Assembly: GCA_025558095.1 (NCBI GenBank)
Contig: JAIVFI010000002.1
Location: 372,001 to 436,000 of the forward strand
DNA: 64,000 bases
Origin: Hyaloraphidium curvatum SAG 235-1
Lineage: Eukaryota > Fungi > Monoblepharomycota
Direction of reading: 5' to 3'
Shown: one piece after another, positions 12,211 to 22,504 of the stretch
Layout of the letters: the number at the start of each line of letters is the position of its first letter
Position numbering within the stretch: the stretch's first letter is position 1
The notes under the pieces: generated by a model
The model's database searches: none
What the model was told of the DNA's origin: nothing
What the model saw: only the letters and a program-made list of their open reading frames with translations
Translations under genes and position numbers: made by a program

Positions 12211-12331
12211 AAACGCAAGCCACTGATTTTCGCAATTCTATTGGCCCCATGACTTTTGCATCGGCGCAGCCGGCCTGGGCTTTCAGACGGCCTGGGCGGC
12301 GACATCGAAGTACTATCAGTTCCAATTGCGA

Positions 12332-13730
12332 TTATGATCGAGTCGCACAACCCACCCTGGCAAAGCCGACCCTGTTTTGGCCCAGGTCGTAAATGGAGTA
12401 GTACACCCTCAAAAACACGTCCCCGACGATCCACAGTGGCCCTGCCGGCGGCGGAATGTCGATACCCATGAAACCCGAGATGCACTGCTCTCCGCCGCCG
12501 ATGGGGCTCGCTCCGGCACGGAGCACGTAGTCGTCCGCTGTGCCCAAGTCTGTCAGCACGATCGCCTGCGCAGATCCCCAGCAACACACTTACGGGTTAG
12601 CTCAAACTCTTTCCCGGCAAACGTAAGGTTCAGGACGGGCAGGCTTGCGACCGTGCCGCAGTCCAGTATGTACTGGCCCGCAAAGTTCTTCTTTCCGCCG
12701 ATGCGCTGGTTGAGCTCGTCCGCTTCGGCCACCGGCATGGCAAACAGCGAAGAACCGGTGTCGATGGCCGCGCGCTTGGTCTCGATGGGCAGCTTCTTTC
12801 CCCCAAGCTTGGCGCCCTGGAGCTCGACCTCCCAGTAGCCCTTCCTGATGACGGGGGCCCACGTTACGGGACCCTCGTAATGCTCTTCGTTCACGCCGCC
12901 AAGGACAATCTCGCCGCCGTCGTCGTCGCCGCCGTTGTTGAGCCACACGCCGATGACCGGCTTGTCGACCAGCTTCCTGTTCACCATCGTGTAAAATGGC
13001 GGAGTAACGTGCTGAACCGAGATGGTGTCGTAGCCCAGGCCGAGGATGCCGTCGAAGCGTCCCAGTGCGAACGTGATGCCGGGTTCCTTGACGGACTCTC
13101 CAAAGTCCTGGCCCTCGATTTCGATGTCCGCGATGGTCACGACGTCGTTGCTGATCACCCCTTCGAGCGACCCCGTGCCGTAGCGGATGGCAAACTCCGT
13201 GCCGTTCTCCTTGAACGTCGACGACTGCGAAGCATCGAAGCGACGGTGCAGAAAGCAGGCGATTGAGCTGCACCGCGTGCTGGGGACCCAGAGGTTGCTC
13301 GACCCCGTGTCAAAGACCACGGTGAAGGGCTGCGGTGGGGTCCCTTCGGCCCATGGGCGCATCAGCGACATCCAGGCGACAAGCTGAGAATGCCCTCACC
13401 AATGCCAATCTCGCCAAAGTACTGAGCATTCATGTAGTTGGTCAGCGGCACGCCATGTTCCCCGGACGCGGCCACCGGGGACGAAGCCGCGTAGCGGGCG
13501 ATGTACTTTTGCTTGAGCGACGATCTCGCCTGTCCATAGTTGGCCATCATGCGCTCGTACGCGTTGGCATCGCGCTTGAGCTTGATGCTGCGCGGGAACG
13601 CGTCAGTTGCCCAGACGAGAAGGTTCTGTCGGCAAGCCTGCAGGCCGACGCACCTGGCGGCCTTCGCGTCGACGACTGCGATTAAGTATAGCGCAACGAG
13701 CGCAACCAGCAGTGCGCCGGGTCGCATCAT
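12332..13730 (-). CDS. PEP4: vacuolar aspartic protease (proteinase A / cathepsin D-like)
   Basis: Signal peptide, [23 protein letters not shown] and AIDTGSS catalytic motifs, WIVGDVFLR; several introns. Confidence 0.92.
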
Positions 13731-13838
13731 CTTCGTGACGCGGTGGGCCGACAGGCTTGCGTATCAGGATAGTAGGCCCCACTCCGTTCTAACCACTTCG
13801 GTCTACAGTACATCATCACATCACACCATCCGGGAAGT

Positions 13839-14987
13839 CTACTTGCCCGCGGAGTACTTCTTGTAAGTGGACACAAGCCAGTCGTTCACGAGGAGCGTGA
13901 TCATGGCGTGCGGAGCGATCCGGACGTAGTACTGGCATGAACCGGAGAATCCAATCAGGCGGAGAACACGGGTTGCGAGACTCAAGAGCCCCCACCGTAG
14001 GGAATCCGCGGTAGAAGGACAGAGGACCCTCGTTCCGAAGCACCTTGGCCGCGCAGTCCAGCGATCCTTTGTACGGCATGACTCCGTCGGGGCCGGGCTT
14101 CTGCTTCTGCATGCGGGTCTTGACGAAGTCGAAGGGCAGGGAGAAGAAAGAGGCAAAGAAGCCGGCGATTGCCGAGGCACCGAAGTTGGCCCCCGGTCCG
14201 GGTCCAAAGGCCTTGGTCAGACGATCCTTGGACTCGGCGTACCCAGCGAGCATGCCCAGGTTGAGCTGGAGGCAGTCCGTCAGCGAACATCGATCGCTTC
14301 AGCACGCTAACGCGCCAACGCACGGCCATGGCACGCGTCACGGTGGGAAGGCACCCGCGGAAGAGACCCGAGACGCCCTCCTCGCGCGTGATCCTGACAA
14401 GGGCGTTGCCGACCCCCTTGTAGTTCCGGCGCTGCTCCGGGGGCAGCATGCCGTCGGACTGCATGCGCACTAGAGCCAGATCCGCGGGAGTCCCGACCAC
14501 GGCACCGAGGCTGTTGCGACGCGGGACGGATCAGCGGCGAACGGCGCGGGAAAGATCGCCACCCACCCTCCGGCAGCGAGACCGGCGATGGCGCGCTCGG
14601 TGGCCCCCACCGGCTTGCCATCCTTGGGCTTCAGCATGTCCATGAACGTGTTGAAGAGGCCCATCCGCGCTGTGGTGTAGGTGGCCTGCCGCAGCCAGGC
14701 GGCACCGATGCCCCTGTAGAGGCTGCCAAACCCGTCGGACTTGATGATCTGGCTGGCCAAGGCAAACGGCGAGGCGCCGGCACCCTTTGCACCCTCCCCG
14801 GCAATCTGGATGCGGACCTTGATCATGTCAATGGGCTGGATGACGGTCTTGAGGAATCTGGGTGAGCTGGGCAGCCGAGCCAGGTGATGACGCGACGCAC
14901 CGTGGCAGCGATGCCCGAGAGACCGCCGAAAACATAGGGCTGGACGACCTTGAACGCCGCGGCGAAGGAGCTGCTGTCGCCGGACAT
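13839..14987 (-). CDS. mitochondrial 2-oxoglutarate/malate (dicarboxylate) carrier, SLC25A11-like
   Basis: Carrier motifs QPIDMIKVR, TPADLALVRMQ, LPFDFVKTR; LRQATYTTARMG; RIAPHAMIT. Confidence 0.9.
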
Positions 14988-15540
14988 GGTCTGGGGCGCG
15001 TGGCGTCAGAACGGGCCCGAAGCCATCTCTCGCCCGCGGGAAAAGACGCCAGCAAGGCCTCCGATAACGCGCGAGGCCCGTGTCATTCCGAGCACGCGAC
15101 GCACCTCGTTTCTCGGGCTTGGTGAGCGGAGGAAAAGTTTTCGGATGATTTCGGCCCGCTGCTGGCCGGCGCGCCGGCGGTACGTGCGATCACAAGCACA
15201 GGCCTAACCTTCCCCTCCCTCCGATCGCGTCGTTGTCGCGTTATTCGGTCGGGCTGCCATGCCATCGTCAAGGACTTGCGTTCACCCGCGCGCGGCCGAG
15301 CTTGTGGTGGACTCTCCCTGGGTGTGCGTGATCGAGAGGGGACGTGACCAGCGCTCGGTCGCGTACTTGGCCTTCAGGCTGCCGTTGCACGTGGTCGAAT
15401 GGTATTGCCGCACCCAATACGGTAATCAGGACGGCACGGTGGGTCCTTCCTTCCTGCGCGGCGCTCATTCCGGTTGATTACTCCACCTTCAGATTCCGAG
15501 AGGTCCGTCTTACTTTGCATTCGACGACGGCAAATGCTAC

Positions 15541-16635
15541 GTGGACCAACGATGCCGCATCGAGCCGCTTGCTGTTCAAAGACGGTCTCGGGATGAGCTG
15601 AAGTACATGCGAGGCTATCAAAAGGGGGCAAAGCTCATTCACAGGCCCCTCGCCGAGGTTGTTTCCGCAATCGTCCCGCTTTACCTGGAACTGGCCTGCC
15701 GGAAGTGCGGCGGCAGAGGCTGCACGACAGCCGATGCGGACGAAACTGCCGACACCGTCACTCGAGAGCGCAGCGCAACGCCTGAGCACGTGCAAGGGCG
15801 TGAACCTTCGGTCCCGCTGAAGATCGGTCCCTTCACCACCGATCTTGACGAAACCAACATCATTGACGGGTCCAGGAAGAGACGAGACCCGGATGCTTCC
15901 CGCGGGCAGTCTCTCCCAGACGTAGAAGGTGCTCGAGCTCCACGAACTCCAACGATACGCGATTTGGTTCCGCAGGCAGCAGACCACATGTGCCTGCATT
16001 GCAAAGGAACGGGGCTTGAGCCAAATGTTCCTCCCCATGCGGCAGCGGACAGCGCTGCGCACCGTACCGAACGAGGCGTCACCGGAGCAGGAAACCGGAA
16101 AGCAAAACGGCCAAAGCAACCTCGAGAGGAGATAGGTCGGCCGCCAGACAGCGATCACGCGAAAGCAGGAACGAGTGCAGTGCATAGGCACGGCCGCCAT
16201 ACCAGGGGTCCGAGAGGCGATGTCGTTTCGAGGGCTCCAACCACGGATGCTGAAGTTCCAGCCAAGGGCGATGTGGTCCTCGATCCCACGGACTGCGATT
16301 GGGAAGGTTTTGGCGACGATTCGGACCCGGATGATTCCTGCGATCGTGCCCAGCTCTCCAGCATGCAGTTGTACTCTTTGGCGCTCCGTGAGAGCGGCGA
16401 GGACATGTGCTCACAGGTGGATCCCCTTGAACTGCCTCCCGACGCCGTGGATCTGCACAATGAAGTCATGTCGGCGTACCTTGAGTGCCTTGTCGAATCG
16501 CAACGCGGGGAACGAGCGTGGTTTTACTCGCAGCGCTGTTCCAATTGCAAGGCAGAAACGGATCGCCGGACGTGTGAGGCGTGCGTCAGCTACTTCGATA
16601 TCCATGGAGTCAATCGGCCACTGATTCTGGGATGA
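15541..16635 (+). CDS. hypothetical Cys-rich protein (CxxCxGxG-like motifs); start uncertain
   Basis: 364-aa ORF with CRKCGGRG, CLHCKGTG and C-terminal CSNC...CEAC. Confidence 0.45.
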   Translation: MDQRCRIEPLAVQRRSRDELKYMRGYQKGAKLIHRPLAEVVSAIVPLYLELACRKCGGRGCTTADADETADTVTRERSATPEHVQGREPSVPLKIGPFTTDLDETNIIDGSRKRRDPDASRGQSLPDVEGARAPRTPTIRDLVPQAADHMCLHCKGTGLEPNVPPHAAADSAAHRTERGVTGAGNRKAKRPKQPREEIGRPPDSDHAKAGTSAVHRHGRHTRGPRGDVVSRAPTTDAEVPAKGDVVLDPTDCDWEGFGDDSDPDDSCDRAQLSSMQLYSLALRESGEDMCSQVDPLELPPDAVDLHNEVMSAYLECLVESQRGERAWFYSQRCSNCKAETDRRTCEACVSYFDIHGVNRPLILG

Positions 16636-16660
16636 GCTGGCCGCCCCCCCCCCCCCCCTC

Positions 16661-16925
16661 CTCTGATTCCAGGTTGCGCGGCGAAAGACTCTGATTCTGG
16701 GCTGGTTGCTGGAAAAGGGGACCTGCGTTTCCCTCGAGGAGCTTACGTCTCCCCACCGCTACCTTTATGTAGCTTCCACCGCGGAGCGGCCGCGAGCGCC
16801 AGCGAGCCCCGCGTCGGCGGGCACGTACCCGGCCGGCGCTGGCAGGCACATGCCCCGCCGCATCTCCCATGTAGCTTCGCGCGGAACGTGGCCGCGGAGC
16901 GGCTTGCGAGCGCCAGCGAGCGCCG
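16661..16925 (+). repeat. dispersed repeat, copy 3, with internal duplication
   Basis: Highly similar to 3841-3988; preceded by poly-C; the atgtagcttc...gcggagcggc..gcgagcgccagcgagc unit occurs twice. Confidence 0.85.
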
Positions 16926-17112
16926 GTGTCTGGGGAGGGGCATGCCGGTATCTGGGATGAGCTGTTTGGTGGGCATCGTCGGTATCAGCGGCTAGGAGTT
17001 GGAGTCGGTGTGTTGAGGCCGGTCGATGAATACCCGCCAGCGCGCGCGAGGCAGGGGCGTCCCTTCAACCTGCTCTTCATCAAGAAGCCGCCTTTATTGA
17101 GTGATGTACAGC

Positions 17113-19684
17113 TCATTTCTTCTTCTCCAAAATCTACGGAAGGAGGGGCATCAATCACCTAAACGCGACTAAACGCGACGAGCGTCGGATCAGTACCCAC
17201 CTTCTTGCACACTTCCTGAGCGGCGATCGGAACACGGGTGCCGGGTCCAAAGATGAGGCTGCACCCCGAGTCGTACAAGAACTGGTAATCCTGGGGCGGG
17301 ATCACGCCCCCCGCGACGACGACCATGTCGCCGGCGCCGAGCTTCTTGAGCTCGGCGACGAGCTGAGGAACCAGGGTCTTGTGGCCGGCGGCCTGCGACG
17401 AGATTCCCACAACGTGAACGTCGGCGTCCACTGCCTGGCGCGCGACCTCGGCGGGTGTTTGGAACAGCGGGCCAACGTCGACGTCGAAGCCGAGATCGGC
17501 GAAGCCGGTGGCGATGACCTTGGCGCCGCGATCGTGGCCATCCTGGCCCATTTTGGCGACAAGAATGCGCGGTCGGCGGCCTTCCTTCTCAATGAAAGAC
17601 TAAGAGGCGGGCGTAAAATGAATCCAAAGGACCGCGAGCGGTGTCGTCCCGCACTCACGTCCACGACCTTCAGCGTCTCGCTGATTTCGTCCGTCTTGCC
17701 ATATTCGGCCCGGTAGGCGCCGCTAACCATCCGCGTCGTCAGCGCGTGGCGACCATAGACCTTCTCCAGCGCGTCCGAGATCTCGCCAACAGTAGCCCTG
17801 GCGCGGGCAGCTTCGATCGAAAGTGCCAGCAGGTTGCCTTCCCCGGAACCGGCGGCCTTGGTGAGCTCCTGCAGGATGGTATTGACCTTGTCGTTGTCGC
17901 GAGACGCGCGGATCTTTTTCAGCCGAGCGATCTGCCCTTCGCGGACCTGCGTATTGTCGATGACGAGCACGTCGATGGGATCTTCCTTCTTCAACCTGTA
18001 CTTGTTGACGCCAACGATGACCTCTGTGCCCGTAGGCCGCAATCAGAAATCCATCAACCCGAGCCATTAAGCTAACGAACCTGCTCCCGAGTCGATCCTA
18101 GCCTGCCTCTTGGCAGCCGACTCTTCGATCTTCAGCTTGGGCCAACCCGCAGTAACGGCCTTGGCCATGCCTCCGACCTCCTCGCACTCCTTGATGATGT
18201 CGAGCGCGGAGTTGTAGATCTCGTTGGTCAGGGACTCCATGAAGTAGGATCCGCCCCAGGGATCGGCAACCCGCGGGATGTAGGCTTCCTCCTGAAGGAT
18301 CAGCTGCGTGTTCCTCGCGATGCGGGCCGAGAACTCGGTCGGCAGGCCGACCGCCTCGTCGAACGAGTTGGTGTGAAGGGACTGAGTTCCGCCAAGGGTG
18401 GCAGCCATGGCCTCGATGGTGGTGCGGATGATGTTGTTGTACGGGTCCTGCTCCGTCAGCGACCAGCCCGACGTCTGGCAGTGTGTCCGGAGCAGCAGCG
18501 ACTTTTCGTTCTTGGGCTCGAACTTTTCCTTGATCAAATTTGCCCAGAGGCGCCGCGCGGCACGCAGCTTCGCGACCTCCATGTAAAAGTTCATTCCGAT
18601 TCCGAAGAAGAAGGACAGGCGCGGGGCGAACTGGTCGATCGTCATGCCGGCGCGGATGCCGGTCCTCGCGTATTCCAGGCCGTCGGCTATGGTGAAGGCA
18701 AGCTCGAGGGCATTGTTGGCACCGGCCTCTTGGATGTGGTAGCCCGAGATTGAGATGGAGTTGAACTTTGGCATGTGCTGCGAGGATGAATGATCAATCA
18801 AGGGGATGACTGCGACCCAAGTTCAACCACCTTGGACGTGTAGGCGAAAATGTCGCCGATGATGCGCATGCTGGGCTCCGGCGGGTAGATGAAAGTGTTC
18901 CTGACCATGAACTCCTTCAGAATGTCGTTCTGGATCGTGCCCGCCAGCTCGGCTGGCTTCGCACCCTGCTCCTCCCCGGCCACGACGTACATGGCCAGCA
19001 CGGGGAGCACGGCACCGTTCATGGTCATCGAAACGGACATCTTGCTGAGCGGGATGCCGTCGAAAAGGATCTTCATGTCCTCGACCGAGTCGATCGCGAC
19101 GCCGGCCATGCCCACGTCGCCGACCACACGCGGATGGTCCGAATCGTAGCCGCGGTGGGTGGCCAGATCGAACGCGACGGACAGCCCCTGCTGGCCGGCC
19201 GCCACATTCGCCCGGTAGAAGGCGTTGGACTCCTCCGCCGTCGAGAAGCCCGCGTACTGCCTGACGGTCCACGGCCTGTTTGTGTACATCGAGGCGTAGG
19301 GGCCGCGGGTGTACGGGAACTTGCCCGGGATCTCGCCGGGCAGGTCCGCGACGTCGTCCTTTGTGTACACGGGCTTCACATCGATGCCCTGCGGGGGGCG
19401 TCAGCGGGCCCGGGTGGCGTCGCGCGGCACGCACCTCGGCGGTGCGCCACACGAGCGACAGCGGGTCCTTTCCCTTGAGCTCCTTCGCGACGAGCTTCGT
19501 CCACTCGGCATCGATGGGCCGCGCGAGCCGCACGGGGTCGGCGTCGCGCGCCGCGCGCGTGGAGGCGAAGCTGCGGGCCTGCGGGACGGTTGGCGGCGGA
19601 CGGGACGCGCGGCGGTGCACCCACGTGCGGCCGCCGGGCCAGCGCACGCGCTCGCGCGGACAAGCGGGCGAACGCGGCCTCCAT
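17113..19684 (-). CDS. MUT: methylmalonyl-CoA mutase (adenosylcobalamin-dependent), mitochondrial, multi-exon
   Basis: [49 protein letters not shown]12-binding [10 protein letters not shown]; Arg-rich presequence. Confidence 0.97.
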
Positions 19685-19830
19685 CGGATGGGGAGGGGAG
19701 CCAAACTGCGGAGCCGGGTCGGGCCGGGCGGCGCCGGGTCATCATCACCCCTGTCGACCCGACGGCGGGTAGGTTGAATTAAACGACAAAGGCCTAGGTA
19801 GGGTATCGATCAAATGCTCTTGGCTGCGGT

Positions 19831-21195
19831 TCATCGGTCCAAGCTTCGAAGGGCAACCAGCTGGTCGACCGCATCTGCAGAGTGACATCGCGAAATGAAG
19901 CATGAGGTCGCGCACGGAGGCGAGAATGGAAGCCCGACCTTTCAAAAGCCTAAAGTTGTAATCCAGCAAGGCTTGGCTTTCGAACCTTCCGTCGCGAAGG
20001 AGGGCAACGACCGCAAGGTGCCTCCAGATAGTCGTCAGCGAGGTGCGCAGCCGCATTGGTGTGCGCTTACCGGCCGACTTGCCGCAGATGGAGTACCATC
20101 CCACTGCTGAGTCGTATCGTGCTGCCGCTTTCCCCGTCAAAGACACTCTCCACGTTCTCGAACGACGCATCGCGGGAATAGATGGACGAAACGTCCAGCG
20201 CAACGTCGATCATGTCCGAGCAGAGCTCGTAAGACTGCACGTCCACCGGTGATGAGTCGGTTGCGATGTAGATCTTCGACACGACATCGAAAAGGAACGC
20301 TTTTTCGATGTTGGAGCTCTGACGGAGTGTCGGAGTGGTGCCCCAGCACGGCAACAAGGCGGTCAGACACCAACGCTACAGAGATTGTTGAGGAGATTCT
20401 CGAGGGTGGGAAGCTCAACGATGAGCTTCTGGATGACCTTGCTGAAGGCCTCGAAGATGGAATGGTCGTAAATGGTTGTGAGGTAGAAGCTGAGCTGGAC
20501 ATTTTCGAATCCGGCATCCCCAAGCTCGTCCGTGATCCTCTGATGGATATCGCGCTGGGTATCTGCGGCGTAGAGCAGCCTCAGGGGGCGCCGAATCACC
20601 CAATCATCGCCCAAGCCCACCAATCTTCTGGTCTTCCGACAGCCCGTCCACCTTGTGGATAAAGACCTCAAAGGCAATCTTCGGGTTGATTCGGTATGCG
20701 GCCGTGACGATCATGAAAAGGCGAGCCAGGGATTCCATGTAGTCGTCCTGGATGGCGAAGTGTCGGCGGCGATGACTCGGGTTTCGCCCGGCCAACGGTA
20801 CCTGGGCGTCCAGGACAAACACCAAAACGCCGCACCGCTTGTAGACGGCCTCCGCGTCAAAGCTGCGGTCGAAAGCGTCCGCATGCCCGGGAAAATCCCA
20901 CAGCTCAAAGTCCGTGAACGATCTGGGCAGCTCAAGACGTCAGGCCCCGTCCATGCCGCGATCGCGGGCCGGGAGGACGCACGCCACATCCATGCGACCT
21001 ATCCTGCTCGTGCTTTCCAGGAAGAGCGTCTCGTTGGGCGACATTTTGTGGAACACGACGCGTTGGATGCTCGACTTGCCCGACCTTTCGCGGCCGCCGG
21101 AATGGACGTTCAAGAGGGGCGGGGGCGCGGCTTGGGGCGCTCGCCCACCTCCGAAGGCCCATCAGGATCAGAAGCGGCCGGCCCGGGTCCCCCAT
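19831..21195 (-). CDS. GTR2: Rag GTPase Gtr2/RagC-D (multi-exon)
   Basis: LMGLRR|[68 protein letters not shown]. Confidence 0.93.
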
Positions 21196-21377
21196 CGCGA
21201 CCGCGGTAGCACAACGCGTACAGAGTTTCCGCTGCTAAAAGCTAAGCTAAGAACTCCTCGCTGCTAAAGAGCCATTTATGGCCGTTTCGGCAAAGCTTGC
21301 CCACCCTACCCGCGCGCGCGCTCCACACCGGACAGCCCCGAATTGGAATCGCCCGTGCACCCCGAGCTCGAGAACAA

Positions 21378-22442
21378 ATGCCGCCAATCCGGTGGAGAAG
21401 GTTCATATTTGTTGCTGCCTTCCACCTGGCGTGCTCTAATGGAGCAAACAGAGTCGTCCGCTCGACACGGTCTCCTGTCGGAACCACTCGCGCCCTGCCT
21501 GACGCTTTGCGGTGGAGGATCATTTGCAAATGGGCAGACGGCCAGCCAAAGGCGCAGATCGCACGGGAGCTTTTGGTTTCTCGTCGGAGCGTGGCCCGCG
21601 TCGTTACCTGCTTCACGACGTGGGGCTGCGTGACGAGCCCGCTCACCGGCCGCCGAGGACGCAAACGCCTTCTGAGCCCGGGCCAGGAGCAGCAAGTCGT
21701 AGACTTTGTCGTGGCAAACAACACTCTCTACCTGGATCAGATCGTCTCGCGCGTCTCGGATGCCTCTGGAGTACAGTTCTCCGTCAGTGCTCTTTGGGAA
21801 CTCCTCCACCGGAACGGAATCACCCGGAAGGTCGTCGAGACGGCGGCAAAGGAGCGCTGCGAAGCACAGCGCATTGATTTCCAGCTGAGGATATCAAAGT
21901 ACGACCCGCGAATGATCGTAGCCGTGGACGAATCAGGGTACAACGAGAACACGCTTATCCGCAAGTACGGCTGGGCTCCCATTGGGCTACGTGCGATTGC
22001 TTCCGTTCCGTTTGTGAGGGGCCAAAAGTACAGCATCCTGGCCGCTATGGACATGAAGGGCTACGTTGCTTGGCGTTTTCAAGAGGGGTCAATCAAAGGG
22101 GCTGACTTTTGCGACTTTCTCGAGAAGGACCTCCTCCCACGCATTCCAACGTTCAGTGTCATCCTTCTGGACAATGCAAGCATCCACAAGGATCCGCGCA
22201 TTCGTCCTCTCTGCGAGAGATTCGGAGTTTTCCTCGAGTTCCTGTCACCATACTCCCCGGACTTTGACCCCATTGAGCACTCCTTTTTTCACCTCAAGCA
22301 GCTCATGAGGAGGTACGAGGACTTTGTCAGGACGTTTCCAGACGCAAAGGACGCTATCAACTTCATGTGCACTCAGATTACTGAGGCCATGGCACGGGCT
22401 TGCTTCAAAGGGGCGGGATACCGCATTGACTTTGACTGCTAA
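21378..22442 (+). CDS. IS630/Tc1-mariner DD34E transposase, apparently intact
   Basis: HTH N-terminus, VAVDESG, ILLDNASIH, SPYSPDFDPIE with exactly 34 aa between D and E; probable in-frame 60-nt intron 21392-21451. Confidence 0.92.
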   Translation: MPPIRWRRFIFVAAFHLACSNGANRVVRSTRSPVGTTRALPDALRWRIICKWADGQPKAQIARELLVSRRSVARVVTCFTTWGCVTSPLTGRRGRKRLLSPGQEQQVVDFVVANNTLYLDQIVSRVSDASGVQFSVSALWELLHRNGITRKVVETAAKERCEAQRIDFQLRISKYDPRMIVAVDESGYNENTLIRKYGWAPIGLRAIASVPFVRGQKYSILAAMDMKGYVAWRFQEGSIKGADFCDFLEKDLLPRIPTFSVILLDNASIHKDPRIRPLCERFGVFLEFLSPYSPDFDPIEHSFFHLKQLMRRYEDFVRTFPDAKDAINFMCTQITEAMARACFKGAGYRIDFDC

Positions 22443-22504
22443 ACGAGTACAGGGCTACTAATGTAACGTTGCGATTACTTGCAAATAACAGATGTTAAAT
22501 TCGT

